64,000 bases of DNA from positions 1 to 64,000 of the forward strand of contig CAYHBD010000016.1 in NCBI GenBank assembly GCA_964354805.1, written 5' to 3'. Under the pieces are notes generated by a model that saw nothing but the letters and a program-made list of their open reading frames with translations, did no database searches and was not told the origin of the DNA. Both the position numbers and the translations under genes were made by a program. This DNA comes from an uncultured archaeon (GTDB taxonomy: Archaea > Iainarchaeota > Iainarchaeia > Iainarchaeales > GCA-2688035). Below are positions 58,463 to 64,000 of the stretch, piece after piece; the stretch's first letter is position 1, and each line of letters starts with the position of its first letter.

Positions 58463-59971
58463 ATGAAAAACAAAAAAACACTTCTTGCGATTGCCTTTGC
58501 AGCAGCATTCCTGCTCGCAAGCACAAATTGCTATAGCGCAAATGGGGCCCCGGAAGGAACTGTACCTCAAAAGATAAAGGCCATGTGGGTTTATAAAGAT
58601 GTAAATGATGAACAAAAAGATTTAACAGTTTCTAACGGGATCAACACATTTTGCACAAAAATTGGGTGGGTGGATGATTTTGATTTGGATGATCCAAATG
58701 AGTGGGATAATATTATGATAAGAAAATTCGCAGCATATGCAAAAAATAAAAATATAGCCTTCTTTCCAGTGATAAATTTTGGAATTTGCGCACATGATTT
58801 TCCTGGAACCCAAGAAAAAACCTTTTATTATAGTGGAATAGACAACCAAATGAAACAAGGCATCCTGGTGCCTTTGTTAAATGAAGCGTATTGGAATTAT
58901 TTCACAGAAAAAGTAAAGGGCATTGCTGAATTAGCTAAAGAAGAAGAATATAGAATTGACGGCATTAAAATAGACTTTGAATTATACGACGACAGCGATT
59001 GTAACCCAGACCAGGAAAGATACTATTACTACAGATACTACGGCAATTTTGACGATACCGCTTTTAACAAATTTGTAGAATTAAATTCATTAAACCCACC
59101 TGCAGAAAGAGAAAAAAGATACGACTGGCTTAAGGAAAACCGCCTTTTAAATGACTATAATAACTTTGTAAAACAAAAAGTACAAGAACTCGCAAGAAAA
59201 TTTAAACAAGAAATTAATACAACGAACCCAAATTTTTTAATTGGAGAGTATCCCTCCCCAACCCAATATTATACCCTGACCGCCGATATCCTCAAAGGAT
59301 GGGAAGAAGGAAAACCAGGCATTTTATTTGGACACGACACCTACACAATAAATAGCCCAGAAAAAGAAAAATACAACCTAACACAAACCGGCGACGGCTA
59401 TTTTATTTACAAAAGAGAACCCCTCCCCCCAGTTAAAGTATATTACGCGGGAGGCTTTTTGTTAAGCAGCTATAAACCAGAAAACTTTGACCAAGTTTTA
59501 GAAATTGCCGAAAATTGTAACGGCTACTGGTTATTTAGCTCCGCAGGGATGTTTAGAAAATGCGAAGACCTAACAGGCAATGCAAGCGGGTTCAGGATTC
59601 CTGTTAATTGTGAACAAGATCAAAATGATCCTGGATGCTGCACCAACCAACAGGGTGCAGATGATTATTATTGGCAAACAAAATGCTGCCCACATATTGA
59701 AGAAGCCAGGCAAGAATACTGGAACGCAATAAAACTAACAAATTACAAACTGGACTGCCAAAAAACAAACAACGGTACAGAAATATGCGACTCGATTGAC
59801 AACGACTGCGACAACGAAATAGATGAAGATAATGTATGCGCTCAAAAATGTGTTGACACGGATACATTAATGAACCAGTACATTCCCCAGTGGAAAAGAG
59901 GAGAAATAAGCATGCTCGCACTAATGCAAAAGATGAGGCAATGGAAAACAGGACCAGATTGCCCTAACTAA
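58463..59971 (+). CDS. Secreted glycoside-hydrolase-like protein with shared C-terminal module
   Basis: Signal peptide; RIDGIKIDFELYD; EICDSIDNDCDNEIDE; YIPQWKRGEISMLALMQK. Confidence 0.65.
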   Translation: MKNKKTLLAIAFAAAFLLASTNCYSANGAPEGTVPQKIKAMWVYKDVNDEQKDLTVSNGINTFCTKIGWVDDFDLDDPNEWDNIMIRKFAAYAKNKNIAFFPVINFGICAHDFPGTQEKTFYYSGIDNQMKQGILVPLLNEAYWNYFTEKVKGIAELAKEEEYRIDGIKIDFELYDDSDCNPDQERYYYYRYYGNFDDTAFNKFVELNSLNPPAEREKRYDWLKENRLLNDYNNFVKQKVQELARKFKQEINTTNPNFLIGEYPSPTQYYTLTADILKGWEEGKPGILFGHDTYTINSPEKEKYNLTQTGDGYFIYKREPLPPVKVYYAGGFLLSSYKPENFDQVLEIAENCNGYWLFSSAGMFRKCEDLTGNASGFRIPVNCEQDQNDPGCCTNQQGADDYYWQTKCCPHIEEARQEYWNAIKLTNYKLDCQKTNNGTEICDSIDNDCDNEIDEDNVCAQKCVDTDTLMNQYIPQWKRGEISMLALMQKMRQWKTGPDCPN

Positions 59972-59979
59972 GGCGCGGT

Positions 59980-60531
59980 TTATTCTTCTTGCACTACTCC
60001 AAACGGAACGCTGAAAACAACGCTGTATTCTGGGCCAGCCTTGTGCAGAATGCTGCGCATTAGTTCAATGCTTTCAACCTGAATCTTTTTTTTGAATCCG
60101 ATGCCCCGCAGTTTTTCAATCAGCGCATCTGTTTCCTGCTTTCCCGCGCCCCTGTTTCTTGCAAGCGTAACATGCGCATGGAATCTTTCATCATGCGTTC
60201 CAATTATTTCCTGCAGTTTCCTGTTCAGCAGGTTGAATTCTTCTGTTCCCTTTCCAACCCCAATCCAAAGCACTTTGCCCCTGAAGTGCCCAACGCAGTT
60301 CAGCTCTGTTTCAAATGGTTCAAAGCGCTGCAATTGCTGCAAATCTGCCTGCATTCTGTTCACAGCTTCCCTCGGCAGATACCCGAGAAACTGCATTGTT
60401 ACATGCAAATTTTCAGGCAGAACCTTTCTCCATTTATCCGCAGGAATCAACGGCAGAATCTTTTCAGCAATTTCCTGCTTCACTTCTTTCGGAAGATTCA
60501 CCGCAAAAAACAAGCGCAATTCTTTATCCAT
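59980..60531 (-). CDS. thpR: RNA 2',3'-cyclic phosphodiesterase
   Basis: RLFFAV and two HxT motifs (HVTM, HVTL). Confidence 0.95.
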   Translation of the reverse strand: MDKELRLFFAVNLPKEVKQEIAEKILPLIPADKWRKVLPENLHVTMQFLGYLPREAVNRMQADLQQLQRFEPFETELNCVGHFRGKVLWIGVGKGTEEFNLLNRKLQEIIGTHDERFHAHVTLARNRGAGKQETDALIEKLRGIGFKKKIQVESIELMRSILHKAGPEYSVVFSVPFGVVQEE

Positions 60532-60589
60532 CGCATTCGCCCTGTGCATTAAAAATCATTCAAAAATACTCACAGCCCTTTGCAATCGC

Positions 60590-61195
60590 TTACATCAACG
60601 CTGCCCTGCACTCTCGTTCAAACCTTTCAAGCATCTGGTAGTTTTTGCCCAGCTTTTCATTCGCTTTCTTTACCAGAAAGCGCAGGAAACCATCATCAAC
60701 CAGAATTTTTTCCCTGTGTTTTACTGGCACGCTCATTTCCTGTGTTCCCTGCAATTCAACCAGGAATTTTCCTTCCTTTGCAACAATCATGCCGCCTCTT
60801 TTGATGCCTGCTTTGTACATTATCCTGAGGATTTTTCTCGCATTCTCAAGCGAATTCGCCCCAATATGCAGAATGAACGGCTCCATTTTCAGCCACACCT
60901 CGCCTTTTGTTTTCTCCCCCAGCGCTTCTTGTGCTTCCTTGAAAGAAATTTCCCTGTGCCACCGCCTATGGAATTTTGCGTCCCGCTTGCTTTCCCCCTT
61001 GGGCAGCTGAATAAGCAGAATCCTTCCAGCGCATCCGCTTGAAGTGAAAAAATTTTTTGTACCGGCAACAAAAGAACACAATGGCACAAGCCTTTCGTCA
61101 GCGAGGTTTTTCTCAACAGCTTCCTCAAAAGTGCCCCTGTGCCTCTGCTTTACAGCGCTGAAGCGCACTTTGGCAACATTTTCAAATTTCTTCAT
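60590..61195 (-). CDS. taw3: tRNA wyosine-derivative methyltransferase TYW3
   Basis: FTSSGCAGRI, WH, EPFILH. Confidence 0.88.
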   Translation of the reverse strand: MKKFENVAKVRFSAVKQRHRGTFEEAVEKNLADERLVPLCSFVAGTKNFFTSSGCAGRILLIQLPKGESKRDAKFHRRWHREISFKEAQEALGEKTKGEVWLKMEPFILHIGANSLENARKILRIMYKAGIKRGGMIVAKEGKFLVELQGTQEMSVPVKHREKILVDDGFLRFLVKKANEKLGKNYQMLERFERECRAALM

Positions 61196-61264
61196 TCAAT
61201 CAACGCCTGCCTGCAATTTCATCCTTTTTCATTTCAATTCAATTATTTTGCCGCCCTTTTTTTC

Positions 61265-61906
61265 CTACAGTTCAATTTTCTCCCATTTCAATTTGCCGTC
61301 CAATTCAAGCAGCAGGGCTTTCCCATCTTTCACTGCGCCAACATTGATGCTGGTTGTTGCACCGATTTTTTCTTCGCCAGGTGCTTCGTGGCAGTGCCCG
61401 CACAAGTGCAGCGCCGGCTGGTGTTTTTCAATTATTTCCCTGACTGATTTGCTCCCTATATGCTTTCCAATGTGCGCGAAATCAAGCTTTGTTCCATACG
61501 GCGGAACGTGGGTTAAAAGAATCGCGTTTTTTTCTCCCTTAATTAATTTTTGCAGAGTTTCCTTTATTTCCTGCTCGCTGAAAAGAAACCTGCCTGGGTC
61601 ATTGTGCATGCTTCCGCCGAATCCAACCAGCGTCCATTTCCCAATGCATAGTTTTTTCGCGTGCAGTGAAATTCCCTGCCTTTCAATCTCTTGCTGCACC
61701 TCTGGCAATTCAAAGTTTCCTGCAAAAGCAAGCAAGCGCGCCGGCTTTAGCGCATCAATCACCTGTTTTGCTTCCTTTGCTCCACCCATTTGGGTTAAAT
61801 CCCCAAGCAGGATAACCAAACCAATTTTTCTGTTATGTATAATTTCATTTGCTTTTTCCAATTTTTCCCTGTTGCTATGTATATCGCTCAAAATCAGTGC
61901 AATCAT
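61265..61906 (-). CDS. Calcineurin-like metallophosphoesterase
   Basis: SDIH, GD, GN, THVPP, CGHCHE. Confidence 0.92.
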   Translation of the reverse strand: MIALILSDIHSNREKLEKANEIIHNRKIGLVILLGDLTQMGGAKEAKQVIDALKPARLLAFAGNFELPEVQQEIERQGISLHAKKLCIGKWTLVGFGGSMHNDPGRFLFSEQEIKETLQKLIKGEKNAILLTHVPPYGTKLDFAHIGKHIGSKSVREIIEKHQPALHLCGHCHEAPGEEKIGATTSINVGAVKDGKALLLELDGKLKWEKIEL

Positions 61907-62042
61907 ATTGGGAACCTTTTTTAATTTTCTGTGGCATATATAGTTTATGTATTGCCACTTTTTTTGATGAAACTTTTTCCAAAAGTTTCTTGAAGTGGTA
62001 TATTATATTGTTTGTTGTTAATTTATTTAAAGGGGTGCTAGT

Positions 62043-62825
62043 TTGTTTAAAAAATTGCTGGCGTTGGCTATTCTGCTGCTGTTTTGCAATAGTGTTTTTG
62101 GTACTGTTTTTCTGGTTGAGCCAGTTGATGCAAAAGTGCAGAGCGGCGAAGAGATTGCTTTGGGCAAGGCAGCCAAGGGTGAAACTGTTCGCATTGTTCT
62201 AAAAAAGAAAAGCGAGCTTTCAGTTGAGTGGAACAGCATTGCTGTTGGGCAATTGCCTCAGGGCTGGAAAAGCAGCAGTGTTGAAACAGACAAGACCCTG
62301 ATTGCCCTTATTTCAATTCCTGCAAATGCTGTTGTGAGCACGCAGAGGATTCAGTTTGTTTTAAGCAACAAGAGCCAGCCTTTGTTTGCTGAAAGCTTTT
62401 TCGGCAACCTGAGTGTTCGGGATAACCTGCTCACTGTTACAATTGACAACCTCAACCAGCAGACTATCGTTGGAGAAAAGGTTCGCTTCAGGCTGATTGC
62501 AAACAATGATTCAATCGCTGAGCACACTGTTTCCATTGCAAGCGATTTGCCTTCTTATTGGCTGCAGCCTTTTTCAGTGAAATTGAATCCGTCTGCTGCG
62601 ACAGAAATTGATTTGAATGTCAACGCTGTTGCTTACGGTGAAAGAAGATTCAATCTGATTGTGAGCTCAACGCATAATGAAAAGAAATTTGTTTTCCCTG
62701 CTTCGCTCAGCGTAAACCCAACGCTGAAAGGAAAATACACCGCTGCCCTGTACGGCTTTCCCTTCTTTTCCCCTTCACTGATCAGCAATTACCTGGTAAA
62801 CGCCTTCCTTGCGCTGCTTTCGTGA
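62043..62825 (+). CDS. Hypothetical secreted beta-rich protein
   Basis: Signal peptide; hydrophobic C-terminus. Confidence 0.75.
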   Translation: MFKKLLALAILLLFCNSVFGTVFLVEPVDAKVQSGEEIALGKAAKGETVRIVLKKKSELSVEWNSIAVGQLPQGWKSSSVETDKTLIALISIPANAVVSTQRIQFVLSNKSQPLFAESFFGNLSVRDNLLTVTIDNLNQQTIVGEKVRFRLIANNDSIAEHTVSIASDLPSYWLQPFSVKLNPSAATEIDLNVNAVAYGERRFNLIVSSTHNEKKFVFPASLSVNPTLKGKYTAALYGFPFFSPSLISNYLVNAFLALLS

Positions 62826-62851
62826 AGCCTTTCTTTAGAAAAGAAAGCCTT
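62825..62851 (+). repeat. Hairpin element copy H
   Basis: AAGCCTTTCTTT-AGA-AAAGAAAGCCTT overlapping a stop codon. Confidence 0.85.
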
Positions 62852-62967
62852 GGCACAATGTCAAGCAATGAAATAAAAAAGAATATTTTGATGCTTGACA
62901 TTGTGGGGAAAGAAATAATAAATTGGTATAAAAACATTGCAGCATATTCAAATTGAAGTGGTTCCTG

Positions 62968-64000
62968 TTGGATACTTTGCGCGCATACTGCCTGGATTTG
63001 ATTCATTCAATTGAATCAGGGGAAATAAAAACAAGGCAGCAGCTTAATGAAAAAAAGATTGAATTGTGCAAAAAGCACAGCCTGCCCCAAATGCCAAAAA
63101 ACCCGGTAATTCTTTCCTTTGCAAAGCCTTTTTTCCTCACGGAAAAAAGCCTTGGGAAATTCGCTTCGCAAGAAAAAAGTGAAACTCTTTTGAGGCTGCT
63201 TTCAGTCAAGCCTACAAGGGGCCTGAGCGGGATTGCAATTGTTGCAGTAATGACAAAGCCGCACAAATGCCCTGGAAAATGCATTTACTGCCCAAGCTCG
63301 CTTCTCCCTGGTAAGCGCACGCCAAAAAGCTACACCGGAAGAGAGCCTGCAACAATGCGGGCAATAAGCGCAAACTTTGACCCAGACCAGCAAATCAAGG
63401 ACAGGCTGAGGCAGCTGCAGGAAGCAGGGCATCCTACAAACAAAATTGAATTAATTGTAATGGGCGGCACCTTCCTGAGCCAGCAGCTTTCTTTTCAAAA
63501 AAAATTCATGCTGAGTTGCCTGAATGCATTTAATGGGCAGAAAGCAAAAACAATTGCCGCTGCTGCAAAGGCTGCTGAAAGCGCTGCCAACAGAATCACG
63601 GGCATTACCTTTGAAACAAGGCCTGATTTTTGCGGAAAAAAAGAAATAAGCAACCTGCTTTCTTTTGGCGGCACAAGATGCGAGCTTGGAGTGCAAACAA
63701 TTTACGATAGCGTTTATAAAAAAATTAACAGAGGGCACACAATTGCGGATGTAATCAATGCAACCCAGCTGCTGAAAGACAGCGCTTTCAAAGTAACCTA
63801 CCATTACATGCCGGGCCTGCCTGGCGTGAGCTTCCGGGAAGACGAGCAGGCATTGCGAAAAATTTTTTCTTGCCCAGAATTCAAGCCCGATAGCCTGAAG
63901 ATTTACCCCTGCCTGGTGATTGAGGGCACTGAGCTGTTCAGGCAATGGCAGCGCGGTTCATATGACCCTTTTTCAACAGAGAAAGCGGTTAAGCTGCTTG
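62968..64000 (+). CDS. elp3: Elp3 radical SAM/tRNA acetyltransferase (truncated by the window end)
   Basis: Hand translation from TTG 62968: KPTRGLSGIAIVAVMTKPHKCPGKCIYCP, KSYTGREPA, MGGTF, ETRPD, ELGVQ, INRGH, LKIYP. Confidence 0.95.
   Translation, partial: MDTLRAYCLDLIHSIESGEIKTRQQLNEKKIELCKKHSLPQMPKNPVILSFAKPFFLTEKSLGKFASQEKSETLLRLLSVKPTRGLSGIAIVAVMTKPHKCPGKCIYCPSSLLPGKRTPKSYTGREPATMRAISANFDPDQQIKDRLRQLQEAGHPTNKIELIVMGGTFLSQQLSFQKKFMLSCLNAFNGQKAKTIAAAAKAAESAANRITGITFETRPDFCGKKEISNLLSFGGTRCELGVQTIYDSVYKKINRGHTIADVINATQLLKDSAFKVTYHYMPGLPGVSFREDEQALRKIFSCPEFKPDSLKIYPCLVIEGTELFRQWQRGSYDPFSTEKAVKLL
63124..63170 (+). repeat. Hairpin element copy I, in frame in elp3
   Basis: AAGCCTTTTTTCC-TCAC-GGAAAAAAGCCTT followed by GGGAAATTCGCTTCGCA. 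Confidence 0.9.

Noticed and set aside
58357-59974. TAAGGC on both sides of the third GH-like gene as a target duplication
   Set aside because: Only 6 bp, and half of it is the stop codon
62858-62956. 32-codon ORF as an Elp3 N-terminus or frameshifted part
   Set aside because: Stops before the plausible TTG start at 62968 and has no recognisable homology
1-64000. CRISPR array or integrase/transposase-bearing element
   Set aside because: No regularly spaced repeats and no cas, integrase or transposase ORF recognised

Overview
Chromosomal segment of an archaeon, most likely DPANN (Iainarchaeota/Diapherotrites-like; inferred from gene content and protein style, not from a search). It carries the conserved rpp21...rps19e-PDCD5-rpl39e-rpl31e-eIF6-rplX-pfdA-ftsY cluster. 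It also carries srp54, rtcA, dnaG, hjc, nurA-herA (with an intein), rad50, a degenerate PolB2, rpo6-rps17e, EF-1beta, cca, thpR, taw3, elp3 (partial), an ArsR-iscS-iscU operon, a membrane PPase and four tRNAs. No CRISPR array, integrase or transposase was seen. Three patterns stand out. (1) At least nine dispersed hairpin elements, AGCCTTT...AAAGCCT, have covarying stems and an invariant C-C mismatch; three lie in frame inside genes. (2) Gene 3' ends or stop/start junctions are repeatedly duplicated (14-62 bp) around inserted orphan genes or hairpins. (3) Three dispersed secreted glycoside-hydrolase-like proteins share a C-terminal 'YIxQW[KR]RGE[IM]SMLxLMQ[KR]' module. All repeats were found and aligned by eye, so counts are minimums.
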